Translations under genes and position numbers: made by a program
Assembly: GCA_001662655.1 (NCBI GenBank)
Contig: KV460208.1
Length of the DNA: 64,000 bases
DNA from: Pseudogymnoascus verrucosus
Taxonomy: Eukaryota
Direction: 5' to 3' (one strand)
The notes under the pieces: model-generated
What the model was told of the DNA's origin: nothing
Database searches by the model: none
What the model saw: only the letters and a program-made list of their open reading frames with translations
Shown here: positions 12,776 to 25,167 of the stretch, piece by piece
Layout: each line of letters starts with the position of its first letter
Position numbering within the stretch: position 1 is the first letter of the stretch

Positions 12776-13334
12776 GTTTGTTTGCAAATTAATTAAATCG
12801 AGTCCTGGGAAATAATAGAAAATGTCAGCAATTAACTCCAAAATCAGCCTCATCCCATAACGCAGTAATGTCAGTAATCCACTCTCAAATCGATGCCATC
12901 CAGAGTCAGTAACGACAACAGTATACCCACGAATCAACCACTCCTCAGATCAAGCAATTGCCAATACTCTCCTCACGAATCATCCCGATCCTCAAATCCA
13001 GGCACACCAACCACTCTCTCCCACATCAAAAATCACACCATAAAAGACACCGACACCGACACCGACACCATCATCAAGAAACAACAACCCTTCATTGACC
13101 CGTTGTACTCGCATGTATTCCTATTGTTCTTACACGACTCCCTCCCCCCTTGCACCATTCCTTCGGCGCCCCCATCCTCATATATCCCGAACACAACAAA
13201 TATATCGTACACACACCCAATTCGGAGTTGGTAGGTCGGCCCCTTCCTCCGTTTTTTCCCCCGCCGCGTTCCTTCCTTCAAAGCTTGTCCATCGCTCCTT
13301 CCCACTCCCGTAGTGTTACAGAACACACAATTTC

Positions 13335-13747
13335 TTACAAACTGTACCACGGTATCAGCACACCATCCACGACTATCTCTCGACGCACGCGGGACGCAGA
13401 TCATGCACACTCGCCCCGGAGATAAGGAGAGGTAGGTAGGTAGGTAGGTAGGGTACTCACGCAGGCAACAACATATCACTCCACTGGCTCGAGAAGAATG
13501 CCACAGCAACCTGCACAAAAAAAGTCAGTCAGTCCGTCTTCCTCCTGCAACCCGTACTCCTCCCTCATCCAATCGCGCTCAGGATCATCACTCTACTTAC
13601 CCCGAAAACAGCAATACTCCTCACCACACTCGCGTTCTCCGACGACGTGACCGCCTCGTACGCCTGTCCCAGATATCCCCTCTGCGCACCGAGACGACGG
13701 CCACCTCCTGCGCGCTCAACGAGGACTCTTTGCGTCTTGGGAGGCAT
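13335..13747 (-). CDS. TOM6: Mitochondrial outer-membrane translocase subunit Tom6 (67 aa)
   Basis: Exons 13747-13601, 13510-13461 and 13341-13335 give MPPKTQRVLVERAGGGRRLGAQRGYLGQAYEAVTSSENASVVRSIAVFG-VAVAFFSSQWSDMLLPAL*, matching the fungal Tom6 signature TSSENASVVRSIA.FG.AVAF.SS.W. Confidence 0.85.
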
Positions 13748-14551
13748 AGTTGCGGTGTGTGTTTGTGTGTGTGTGGTGTAAATGCGGTGTAGGTAAAGTG
13801 CGGGGATATATGATGGCGTAAGGTATTATGCACTTGGAGCGAGCTGAAGGGTGATCCGGAGGTGCTTGGTTTGATGACGGTAGACGGTTAGACGGTAGAT
13901 AGACCTTCTTTCGTAAGTTCGTACAGTTCGGATGGACCGCGAAATTTTGGCGAGGAACACTTCCGGCCTGAGGCTAGCCTTGTTGGGGATGAAACGTGAC
14001 CTGTGACCTTGAGTTGTGGCCGGGGAGATCGGAGAGGGGTGGATGGAAGAAAGGTTAAGCCGGGGGCCGCGGAATTGGTGGTGGTACAGGAAATGCAGGA
14101 CAGGATCGGCTAGAATCGGGTGGCGTGGGTGTAAAGGTAAGAGGGGGGATGTAAGTGGCTGGAAGTGCGTTAGTGGTGTAAGTGGCTGGCTGGAATAGCT
14201 GGTGTGTTTCTGCGGGATGGGAGTCTACTGCTCGTACTACTGCAAGTTTCTGCTGCAAGTCTACGGTGAGTCTACAGCTAAGTACCTTCCAAGGATCATA
14301 CACAGGGTTGCCACGCGCTATCAATCGTAGAGAAGATACACAAACGGAAGACAGCAGGTACTTGAGTAGGTACAAACACCACCATGGGACCCCGCCCGAT
14401 ATCGCTGCCAGTTTCAGTCTTCTCCAAGGTACCAAATTGTATCGTTCGGGATTTGGCGGGGTTCTTTTTCTAACTTCATGTTTCTGATTACTGTGCACCA
14501 CCGACAATACCGATAATTCCCCCAATTCCCCCGTATCGGGAGATACACGCA

Positions 14552-14576
14552 CTATAAACGCTATAAACGCTATAAA
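14552..14576 (+). promoter_or_regulatory. Triplicated TATA box (CTATAAACG x3) upstream of the IDO gene
   Basis: ctataaacgctataaacgctataaa followed by a C-rich leader of about 400 nt. Confidence 0.5.
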
Positions 14577-14975
14577 GACGCGCATCAACAACCTACAATT
14601 ATCTCTACGACCTCACTTCCATCCGTCCTGCACTTCCTACGCTACTACGCTACTACTATCGAGCCGTTGATACCCTCCTCCTCATCCCTCCTCAACAAAC
14701 ACCAAGACCGACACCCCGCCATTGCACTCATATCCGTCCAAGATTCTTCCATTGAACCGCCTCACGACCACCCCCAGCTCACCCCCCAGCCGTTAATGCG
14801 AACCTCAAAACCCTAATCACAACGGCTGAGGAGTATACGGACTTGATCTGAATACTCCTTGCGTCTGGAATCCACCCCATCCCACGAGACCACCCAACTA
14901 CGCCTCAAACGACCACCATCTACAACCTATAACAACCACCACCCTCCTCTACAAACCCCAAGACCCTCCGCGGTC

Positions 14976-16526
14976 ATGCTTCCTCCAGTCCCCGTCCTCA
15001 GCGATTACGGAATCTCGCCCGAAAATGGCTTCCTCCCTGATCGTCTGCCGCTGCAGCACCTGCCCGACCCCTACTATAACAAGTGGGAGTCCATCGTGGC
15101 CAACCTGCAGGCTCTCCTCTTGAGCAAGCGCCTCCGCGGCATCATTCACGATCTCCCTGTCCTCACTACCACCGGTCTGGAAGATGAATCCGAGTGGCAG
15201 CGGGCATACATGATGCTGGCCTTTATGGCACATGGCTATATCTGGGGTGGTGAAACACCTTCAGAGGTACGTTGCTATCTACCCTCCAACTACCAATAGA
15301 CAACCTCACTAACACTCCCACAGCGAGTCCCGCCATCAATCTCCATCCCCCTCCTCGCAGTAGCCAAGCACCTCGACATCCCCCCCGTCGCCACCTACGC
15401 CGCCGTCGTCCTGTGGAACTTCAAACCCCTCTTCAACAGCGAGCCGATCGAGAACCTCGAGAACCTCTCCACCCTCCTCACCTTCACCGGCTCCCTCGAC
15501 GAATCCTGGTTCTACCTCACCTCCGTCGCCATCGAAGCCCGCGGCGGCCCCATCGTCCCCTTGATGATCTCTGCCATGACCGCCGCCCGCGAAAAAGACG
15601 CGCCCTACGTAACCGCCTGCCTCCGCTCCTTCGCATCCCGCCTCGACGACCTCAGCGTCCTCCTAGTCCGCATGCACGAGAACTGCGACCCACACGTCTT
15701 CTACCACCACATCCGCCCCTTCCTCGCCGGTTCCCAGAACATGGCCGAAGCCGGCCTCCCCAACGGCGTCATCTACGACACTGGCTCGGGAACCGACACC
15801 TACAGCCAGTTCAGCGGCGGCAGTAACGCGCAGAGCTCGCTGATCCAGTTCTTCGACATCGTCCTCGGCATCCAGCATCGTCCCACGGGCCAGAAATTCG
15901 ATAAAGCGCACTCGGACCAGGAGGGCACCGCGCCTCCGCCAAAACACAATTTCATCCACGACATGCGCCGCTACATGCCCGGCGCGCACCGTCGCTTCCT
16001 CGCTGACGTCTCGCTCTGCGCTAACATCCGCGATTTCGTCGAGAGCCGCAAGGTGGACACGGAGCTGACGGGGGCGTATGATTTGTGTCTTGCTCGTCTC
16101 CAGAATTTCAGGGACAAGCATATCGCCATCGTCGCCCGCTACGTCGTCATGAAGTCCCGTGAGACTCCGCCCTGGACGCGCGATGAGAGCAACAAGCACC
16201 GCCAGAACCTCGCCCTGTCATCCTCCTCCAACAACCAGGATGGCAAGAAACTCCGCGGAACCGGCGGAACGGCTCTAATGCCCTTCCTCAAGCAGGCGCG
16301 CGATGAGACGGTGGAGCCGGCGATTACGCCGTGGAAGAAGACGATGGGTGGGGGCTTTGGGAAGTTGAAGGGAGTGCCTGTTGTGGCGCCGCCGGTGACG
16401 GACGAGAAGCTCGAGAAGACGAGGAGTGTGCCGGATTTGGATTTGCAGGTTAATGGGCTTGCTGGGTCGTGGGCGGCGGATGTGGAGACGGATGGGGTGG
16501 GGGGTGGGGGTTTGTGCCACTATTAA
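14976..16526 (+). CDS. BNA2: Indoleamine 2,3-dioxygenase
   Basis: Exon 1 14976-15266, intron 15267-15323, exon 2 15324-16526. Motifs GFLP, TFTGSLDESWFYL, FYHHIRPFLAG, GGSNAQSSLIQFFDIVLG, MRRYMPGAHR, FRDKH (heme His) and GTGGTALMPFLKQ. Confidence 0.95.
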
Positions 16527-17837
16527 AATAGACAGGCAGGCGGAGAGACAAAACAGATGGACAGATGGGGGAAAATCCTGGATCTTTTGTTGGGAAAAGA
16601 GAAAAGGGTCGCTGTTGAGGTTTTGGAGGGGAGGGAAAATAAGTCACATGGGGGGTTTTTCGTTACGTCGATAAGGAGGGCGGAATTTTGTTAGCAACGA
16701 ATTTGCGGTTTTTGTTTTGGGTTGTTCGGATAGGATAGCAGGACCATGGAGATAGTCATGCTTCTATATAGATGTTGCGGCGACGCACATAGTTGGATCG
16801 AGGGGTGGATGACACTCAGCTCAACTCTGTGGTTTCCATCGGATCGATGCGATGGTAGTATATGAAATTTGGATGAGAAATGATGAGCATATACCTACTT
16901 CTACTGCGTTTAATGATTGTACACCTACTCAGCGCCAATTGATATTCCTCGATACGACCATAAGACTATGGGCTTTGAACGATCAATTCCGCCAACCTGC
17001 CTTACCAGTCATTGCAGAAAATTTGAAAAACTATCATCACACGCAGCGGTCAAGACGCCCAGCCCATCAATCAACCCCACGGACCGCCTTGCCGGGGTCA
17101 TCTCACAATCCCCAACACACCCATTCGGCAGTTCCGCCCTCCACCCCGCTGCGATGCACTGCGTTCCTGCACATCTAAACTCAACCCCCCAACCAGCTAA
17201 CTCCATATCCACATCCCTCGCAGCGCACATATACCCGGGGAGTCGCGGGCCCAGCACCATCGGAAAACTCTTACCGCCGCTATCCCGTTCTCCGCCCTCC
17301 AGCACGCCATCCCGCGCGCCCTCAACCATCAAAACCCCCTCCCCGCCCCGCCCGCCTATGAGACTATACGAAACCAACATCCCGAAACGATCGCGGCGTG
17401 AGTAAGCAACAAAACAGTCGTCGGCGATATAACCTCACTATCCCCGAACGAACCATCTCAATAAGGTGTTGTGGGGTGGATGGAGGTAGTGCGATTGGCT
17501 GGTGGGGGTGCGTGGCTTTCGATGATGTGGTATTTTTGGCGGGGCGGGGAGGGGGGGAGAGAGCTATGACGATAGGAGATAGCGGGGGGGGGATGGGGGA
17601 CCCCTCATTTCCCCTCTCCTCATGTCCCCAATGGATGGGTTTATAAGCAACGTGGACCTTTCTGCTGGGGTGAGCTGTACATTGTTTATATATTTCCTCC
17701 CTCTCTCCCCATTTCTGTATTCCAATTGAAGATTTTCTACAAGCTCCTTCTTAGACAAACATCCTTACTCTGAGACTTGGAATTCATTACGCTCGTACCT
17801 ACCCACAAGCTTGAACAGACGACCCCCTCCGGCTAAA

Positions 17838-18980
17838 ATGGCTTCCACCGACGCCCCAAAGGACCTGCCTAAGATGCAATACCGCTTCTTGGGCCGCTCT
17901 GGTCTCCAGGTCTCTGCTATCTCCCTTGGTGGATGGCTCACCTACGGTGGACAAGTCGAGGATGGTATGTCCCCCCATTTCCTCCTCCTCCCCCCTCCCC
18001 CAATTCCTCACTCTCCGTATTCCCACACCACGCCGCTAACCCCCCCTCCCACAGACAAGACCTTCGCCTGCATGAAAGCCGCCTACGACGCGGGCATCAA
18101 CTTCTTCGACTGCGCCGAGGGCTACGCCGGCGGCGAATCCGAGAAATCCATGGGCGCCGCCATCGCCAAATACGGCTGGTCGCGCAACGACCTCGTCATC
18201 TCCACCAAGATCTACTGGGGCGGCGCCTTCGGTTCCAACCCCGTCAACAACACCGGGCTCTCCCGCAAGCACATCATCGAGGGCGTGAACCAGTCTCTGG
18301 AGAGATTGGGGCTGGACTACGTGGATCTGATTTATGCGCATAGGCCGGATAGGAATACGCCTATGGAGGAGACAGTTAGGGCGTTTAACCACGTTATTAA
18401 CCAGGGCAAGGCTCTCTACTGGGGAACCTCCGAATGGAGCGCTTCTGAGATCGCAACCGCCTGGCGCCACGCCGACCGCCTCGGTCTCATCGGTCCACTG
18501 ATGGAGCAGCCCGGTTACAGCATGCTAGCCCGCGACAAGGTGGATGGGGAATTCAACCACCTGTACGAGGAATTCGGCACCGGCCTCACCATCTTCAGCC
18601 CCCTGAAGACCGGCATCCTGACCGGGAAATACAACGACGGCATCCCCGCCGACTCGCGCTACAGCCGCGACGACAAGGACCCCTTCATCCTTCGCATGAC
18701 CAAGGAGTTCGGCGAGGGCAAGTGGGAGGCCCAGCTCGAGACGGTGAGGAAGCTGAAGCCTGTTGCGGATAAGTTGGGCGTCACGCAGGCGCAGTTGGCG
18801 TATGCGTGGGTGCTGAGTAATAAGAATGTGAGCAGTGCGATTATGGGCGCGTCGAAGCCGGAGCAGGTGTGGGAGGCGGTTAGGTCGCTGGAGATGGTGG
18901 AGCTTTTGACGCCAGAGGTGTTGGAGGAGATTGAGGGGATTTTGGGGAATAAGCCGAGTGTGGCGCCGAGGAGGTATTAG
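17838..18980 (+). CDS. Aldo-keto reductase, Kv channel beta-subunit (AKR6-like) type
   Basis: MQYRFLGRSGLQVSAISLGGW, GINFFDCAEGY, VISTK, GLSRKHIIEG, YAHRPD, YWGTSEW. One intron 17965-18054 (90 nt, in frame). Confidence 0.93.
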   Translation: MASTDAPKDLPKMQYRFLGRSGLQVSAISLGGWLTYGGQVEDGMSPHFLLLPPPPIPHSPYSHTTPLTPPPTDKTFACMKAAYDAGINFFDCAEGYAGGESEKSMGAAIAKYGWSRNDLVISTKIYWGGAFGSNPVNNTGLSRKHIIEGVNQSLERLGLDYVDLIYAHRPDRNTPMEETVRAFNHVINQGKALYWGTSEWSASEIATAWRHADRLGLIGPLMEQPGYSMLARDKVDGEFNHLYEEFGTGLTIFSPLKTGILTGKYNDGIPADSRYSRDDKDPFILRMTKEFGEGKWEAQLETVRKLKPVADKLGVTQAQLAYAWVLSNKNVSSAIMGASKPEQVWEAVRSLEMVELLTPEVLEEIEGILGNKPSVAPRRY

Positions 18981-20507
18981 ATGGGGGGGTTGTCTGATGT
19001 GTAGATGTTGGATATAAGGTGCTGTTTTGTGGATACTCTATCTTGGTGGTTGATGTTTAAAAGTTGAATACAAGATGCTGTCTTGGGGGTACTCTCTACG
19101 TTGTGCTCTCTCACGCTTCACTCTCTGCTGTATCTTCATTTTATTATTTTAGTGACTGTTAAGTGACAGACTTATCTGATTGACTAAACTACTCCCATAC
19201 TACGTATGAGGGACTACGGCTATGAATACTATTCACAGCAACCAGCACTAAAGCAAAGGTGTTCAATTACTCAAAGCCATAATCCAGATCCTCAAGCCCT
19301 CCTATCCCCCGCGGATAAACGAGCATCCGCGAATAAACTAGAATCAATACCATACCATAGTCGTATGGTGTCTCACAAACAGTACGACATGTCACATTTC
19401 CCCCCCCCGAAGCCATTTCACCCGAACGAAAACCTTACATTTCTATCCCCCAGATAAGTTAAAATTTTGTGCTCAAATATGTTCCAGGCCCAGCTTATCT
19501 CTCAAGGAGCGAGTTCAGGGTGTTGGTATTAGACAGTACGTCGTAAAGCGAAAGGCCCAGCCAATACCCAGGGATGCGGGTGATAGATTGGTGTCTTAGA
19601 TGTGAGGAGGGGATTGGTGGTGTCTCAGGGTTCAGTCAGGTAGGACGGAGAAGTTGGGGTGATATGGGGTTTTTGCATAATGACTTGTACTGCTGTTTGG
19701 AAGAGTCCCAGAGACCTGGAGATACGATATGTACGCCCGTTAGATGGCGTAGTAATTCAAAAGCCTCCCGTTTCGTCCAGCCAACGTAAGAGTCCCCAGA
19801 ACGCCATGCAAAGTTGGGCCAAGACTACGTATAGCTGGTAACCACGCTCAAACACCCGATATTCTCTGGTAACATCGCATGATACCTGTTACACATTTCT
19901 GCGCTGTTTAAGACAACCCGTCCCTGGGCAGAGATGAATTGTGATGTGATGAGTAGTTTTTCTAGGCATTTGGCCGGGCAACCGACTGGTCCTTTGGGAG
20001 GTTTCACAACGGCGGTTTTCTCAGCTGACCTCCCGAAGGCATACAATAAAGGCCGGAATAATAGGGGTATAGCTGAATTAGAGACATACTTTACACACTG
20101 TGATAGTAGTGTAACTCGCTGGGCTGTTGAAGCAAGGGCTACTAATCAATCCCTCGTCGCAGCTGATACTATTCCGGCGTTTATTGCAGGCCTGGTAGTT
20201 TCCCTTTGCAGCTGTAACAAAGATAGTTGGTAAGGTTTTAGAAATAGCAAAGGAGACAGTAACGGCCGGTGATGCATTTGGGAAGTTCAGCTATGCCCGA
20301 GAGCAGCTGGAGCAATAGGATTGAGAATTGCTAAGACAGCGCAATTATCGACTTTGTCTTGGGCCTCAGAGTCAATCTGCACATAGTTAGCTGAGCTGAT
20401 ACGGAGCGCATGACTGAATGAGCTCATGGGCTATAAGACTAACATGACTCCCTTTGGATATTTTCTTTTCAACAGCACTCCTAAACCTACCTTCGAATCC
20501 CCAAAAA

Positions 20508-20987
20508 ATGCTCTTCTCCAAAATTCTCCCACTTGCTGCCCTTGCTTCCTTGGCTACCGCTCAAGGCTACCGTAAAAGATTTTGCATTGGTTTTTAAAAT
20601 AAACAAATGGAGACAGCTAGCTAATAGTGATTTAACGTAGGCAAAATTCGAGGACAACAATGGGGGAGTCTCCATCATCGTATCAGTTAGCTGCATCAAC
20701 AGGGAGCCTTCAGAGTAAGCCTACATCAATTAAAATACCTACATAACTCAGAGACATTAACAAATAATAAGCAGCCATATAATAACTAACGGTGACTGAT
20801 GCTAATTAATGCCAATTATATGGGTGCGTCACAACCCCTACCCTGGAGACATTTGTAGCAACTTTTGCTGATATCGTATAGTAAACGAGACTGCAGCGAT
20901 GATATATACGATATGTTTTATCCAGGAGTCCACGATGTTACTGGTATCATATACAACTCAGTCCGATGCACTAGTCTAGTAGAATAG
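20508..20987 (+). pseudogene. Disabled paralog of the small secreted protein at 21375
   Basis: Same signal peptide and 4-exon layout as the neighbour. First donor is out of phase, exon-3 acceptor is degraded, exon 3 carries TAA. Last exon KRDCSDDIYDMFYPGVHDVTGIIYNSVRC aligns with the paralog. Confidence 0.75.
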
Positions 20988-21374
20988 AGGAGTTGTGCCA
21001 AGGCTACTATTCCGGCCCCTTTTTACATACGAGCTAGTTCCATCTTGCAATGTGACAGATATTTGTGGTGAGACTTTTTTTTGGACATAAGTGCTGAGAC
21101 TGTAACGGGTGATGATGGATTTGGGAAGATCAGCTACGAAAATTACGCTCGAGTGCAAGCTGATGGAAGGGTCGAGACATTACAAGACAATAATACCCGA
21201 CGTTGTCTCGGGCATCACGGTCCCCCTGCACACAGTAACGTAAGGCAAGGCGATACACAACATATAATTAAATGGGTTCACCAGCTATAATACCAGCATA
21301 ATTCCCTTCAGATATTTACTCTTTGACAGCACGCACTCTCGAACCTACCTTCGAAAACAAGCACCTACTTCAAA

Positions 21375-21872
21375 ATGCGCTTCTCTACAATCCTCCCACT
21401 TGCTGCCCTAGCTTCCTTAGCTACCGCCCAAGGCCCAGATTACTGGGTAAGATCTCGCAATAACTTCCAGAATGAAATAGAGACAGACAGCTAATAGTGA
21501 TTTTAATTCAGGGGAGATTCTCAACCAAAGGCGGAGAGAATTTCGACGTGACAGGGCCAGGTTGTGTCAACTTCAAGAAAACACAGTAAGCCCACACATC
21601 GATCAAAATAGCCTACATATATAGCTCCGAGGTACTAACCAAACAACAGGCCAATCTACAATACACTGACCGTGAGGATTCCATTTCGATGCGACGTATT
21701 CGAGTACGTAGCGACCTCCAATGCTGCACTGCAGATATCCGTCAGTAGTAATTTTGCTAATATCGTTCGTTATAGGGCTGGAAACTGCCTTGGTAGACAT
21801 GCGCCATTCTATGCGGGCGAGCACGAAGTTACGGATATTGTGTTCAGGTCTGTCAATTGCTATTTCACTTAA
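21375..21872 (+). CDS. Small secreted 4-Cys protein (98 aa)
   Basis: Exons 21375-21446, 21512-21585, 21650-21703 and 21776-21872 splice in frame to MRFSTILPLAALASLATAQGPDYWGRFSTKGGENFDVTGPGCVNFKKTQPIYNTLTVRIPFRCDVFEAGNCLGRHAPFYAGEHEVTDIVFRSVNCYFT. Confidence 0.85.
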
Positions 21873-22325
21873 ATGGCTATGATGAAGGAGGGATTATGTT
21901 GAGGGTATGGTGTTTTCATGCCTGGCCAAAGGATGGCGATAATGGGTTTGACGCATCAAAAGTGGCTCGTATTTAGCTAGTTTGATGAAATACAGATCCT
22001 GAAACTTTGCTACTTGTTTGATAAGCTCTGCTTTCCAAAAACAACTCTTGGAAGAAAAACTAGACTCGTACCTGACAAGATGGCATCATTGCTGAAATAA
22101 ATGATGGGTGTTATTTCGAGGCCCCTGAATATATTTGTGTAGCACGATTGTGTAGATATACTACTAAAACACCAGGTATTGAACGTAGCTTCAGTCCCGA
22201 CAAACACCCACTTCGAAAAGAGTACTCGTAGCTCTGAATAAATGGGTATAAATTACAGTCTATACTTATATCTAAACGCAGATACGCAATAAATGACGAA
22301 ATATCCCCCCATCGCCATCTCCAGT

Positions 22326-24048
22326 CCTACATCCAACTCCTCATCCTCACCTCCTCAAACACCCACCCCATCTGCTGAAACTTATACGTCCTCCACGACT
22401 CCCTCGAATGTAGCTTACCCCACCCATCGCCCCAAACAGCTCCCCCATCGATGACCCATGTCCCACAATCATTAGGTTCAACCCCTCCCCTCCCTCGCCG
22501 CATCCGCACACATCATCATCCGATTCATTGCCGGTGTCCGCGCATGAGACGTCAACGTGGTACTATGGTTCGGATACGCCGGCAGCCCCGACCAATCCAC
22601 CGCATCGCGATGCTGCGCATGGTACCCTGTCGAAAGCATGGCACGGAGCGCTTTAGGGTGCGAGGGGATGTTGAACAGAGTCGGCGGCGGGACCGGGCGC
22701 AGCGCAGGGACGATCTGGGCTTGTATTTTCGGAGAGTTAGGAGGGAGAGGGAAGAAGATTCGCAGAGACGTCTCGACCGTGCGCTTTAGTGGGAAGGTGA
22801 CGATGTGTGTCACTCCGACGCGGGGGAAGTGATTGCGGATTGTGGCAGCTTGATTGTGGCAGCTTGATTGTGTCCAAGAGTGGACAGAGGGGGGTCGGGA
22901 CGTATGATCGTGCGGTTGTTGCGGTCGTAGTCCTGGACTGCCTGTGGATAGTGTTAATGAGGTTCTGAGTAGTTGGGGAGGCTTACCTTGGTGTGGCGGA
23001 TGAAATGGACGAGGATTTTAGGAGGTGGAGGGATGGGGGGCCGGATCAAGGGTGTTAGGAGGGGGACTGTTGGCGGTGCCTTGACAATCGTAGACACTCC
23101 CGTTGTCGGCGGTCTCGTTGTGGGTGGTTTCGTTACTGGCGGTCTCGTCGTAGGTGGTCCCGCCGTGGGAGGTCTCGTTGTGGGTGACTTCGTTGTGGGT
23201 GGCTTCGTTGTCGGTGGCGCTTTAACAGTCGCAGGGACACTGACACCCGTCGTCGGTGGTGCTTTATCAACTCCAGGGACACTGACACCCGTTGCCGGTG
23301 GTGCTTTAACAACCTTAGAGACACTCAGTGCCGGCGGTGTGTGTGTCAACACCGGCTGGCACACTCCCTGCTGGTGGCAGGTTGATAGCCGTAGAGACAC
23401 TGCCATTTTGAACTGTTCCAGGAGCAGCTGGAGACGGGATGTTGTCCGTGGGAGGAGAAGTTGTAGTCGGTGCTGGTTCTAAGCCAGCAGCCTGAGGACA
23501 CTCTTCGTCAGCGGCGCACTCACAGCGATGGAGGCACTCGTAGACACACTCGTTGCTGGTGGTGGGCCAATAACCGGAGAGTCACTGTCGATCTGGACTG
23601 CGGGGGGTTCAAAAATTTCTTCTCCTGAGCTGACTTCGCCGTCATCTTCATCGTCCCTTTTCCTCTTCCGAGAAAGTGTATCCTTGTTTTCGTCTCCACT
23701 CGGATGATGAACATGATCCTCCTTGTCCTTGTCATTCTCCTCCGCCTTCTCCTCTTCCTCCTCGTCGTCCTTGTCATTCTCCTCCGCCGCCTCCTCCTCC
23801 TCGTCAACCTTGTCATCCCCATCATCCCCATCGTCCTTGTCATCCTCATCATCCTCCGTATCCTCCTCATCGCTCGAGCCGACCTCCTCACTCATACTCT
23901 TAAGATGATCCGCAAACCCCCTCTCCATAATCTCCACATCCCTCTTCAGCTCCCTCTTCAGCTCCCTGACAACTCCATTACCACTGCGTTTCTTCCCCTG
24001 GATTCTCTGCTCCGTGCGCGGTGCGCGGGATGGCGTGCGGGTGTTCAT
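22326..24048 (-). pseudogene. Frameshifted gene: acidic N-terminus, T/P repeats, degenerate histidine-phosphatase (PGM-like) domain
   Basis: ILVHFIRH | intron | DPPLSTLGHNQA..IVTFPLKRTVET..LMIVGHG. Disrupted by a 14-bp duplication near 22840-22870 and further shifts near 23515, 23340 and 22485. Confidence 0.65.
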
Positions 24049-24159
24049 ATCGACCAGCAATATGCACGTAGGAAAAACAACAAAAACTGAAGCAGGCGTG
24101 CAGTGAATGAGCTGCGATACAAAAGGACAAGGGAGATATAAAGTTAAAAATGGGAATAA

Positions 24160-24837
24160 TCAACAACCGAACTCGCCATCTCTCTCCTAACATTCGCCCT
24201 CTTCGTCAACCCCGCCCTCCTCATCCTCGCCGGCGCATCACTACACTCCTCTAGCGCCGCCGAAGAAGCTTCACTATTCGCCATCCACGACCTCCTCTCT
24301 ACCACCGTCGCTCCCGTCGCCGGCACAGTCTTCGCGCTCGCGGTCCTCCTCTCCGGCATCGCCGCAGGCATCGTATGTACCATCGCCGGGCAAATGGTTT
24401 CGGAGGGTGCGCTCCGCTGGTCCGCGCCCCCCTGGGTGCGACGGCTTGTAATGAGGTTGATTAGTATCACGCCATCTATTATTATCGCCGCGCCGGTGGG
24501 GAAGGAGGGGCTTACGGCGGCGCTGAATGGGAGTCAAGTTGCGCAGTCGGTCGCGCTGCCGTTTGTGATCGCGTCGTTGATTTATTTCACTTGTAGGGGG
24601 AGGTATATGACTGTGAGGCCGCCGAGAGCTGGTGTGGAGGAGGAGGAGGAGAGTGATGATGAGGGGGGGAGGGGGGTGCTGGTGGTGACGCTGGTGGGAC
24701 TGGGACTGGGAGGGGATGAGGAAGGTGTAGTCAGTTTCAAGAATAGATGGGTAACGGCCGTGTTTGCGGTTGTGGTGTGGTTATTTATTGCCATTATGAA
24801 TGTGGCTAATTTGGTGTTGTTAGGGAGTGGGAATTGA
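24160..24837 (+). pseudogene. 5'-truncated NRAMP (Smf-type) metal transporter fragment
   Basis: Frame opens after TAA 24157: ELAISLLTFALFVN..ILAGA..FALAVLLSG..GIVCTIAGQMVSEG..RRLVMRLISITP..LNGSQV..ALPF. Only the C-terminal helices are present. Confidence 0.8.
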
Positions 24838-25167
24838 AGATGGTGTGTTTGTTTGTTTGTGTGTTTGTGTGTGGTGGTTTGGACGGTTGGGGATGGGGAA
24901 ATGGGTGATATAGTTCATATGATTTACTTCTCGTCTATCTTTTACGATTTTATCTATCTCTTTACCACAGAAGCGAGGTTATATTGTGCAGAGCTCATCT
25001 GAGTAACAGAATGCTCTAGCGCAGATTGAACATAGCTCTCTTGCCAGCGCTACTAGAGATATGCACATAGATTTAAGGGAGATACCTTATTTTAAGATGT
25101 ACTTCAAGTATAATTGTCTCTAGTTTACTTCCTAGCATATGAAATGCTAAACTAGCTACTCAACTAA

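Noticed and set aside
12191..12937. 248-aa minus-strand ORF
   Set aside because: Non-ATG start, built from tandem repeats and low-complexity sequence.
19650..20420. Possible decayed gene on the minus strand (acceptor GCTAACTATGTGCAG)
   Set aside because: No consistent frame or family motif.
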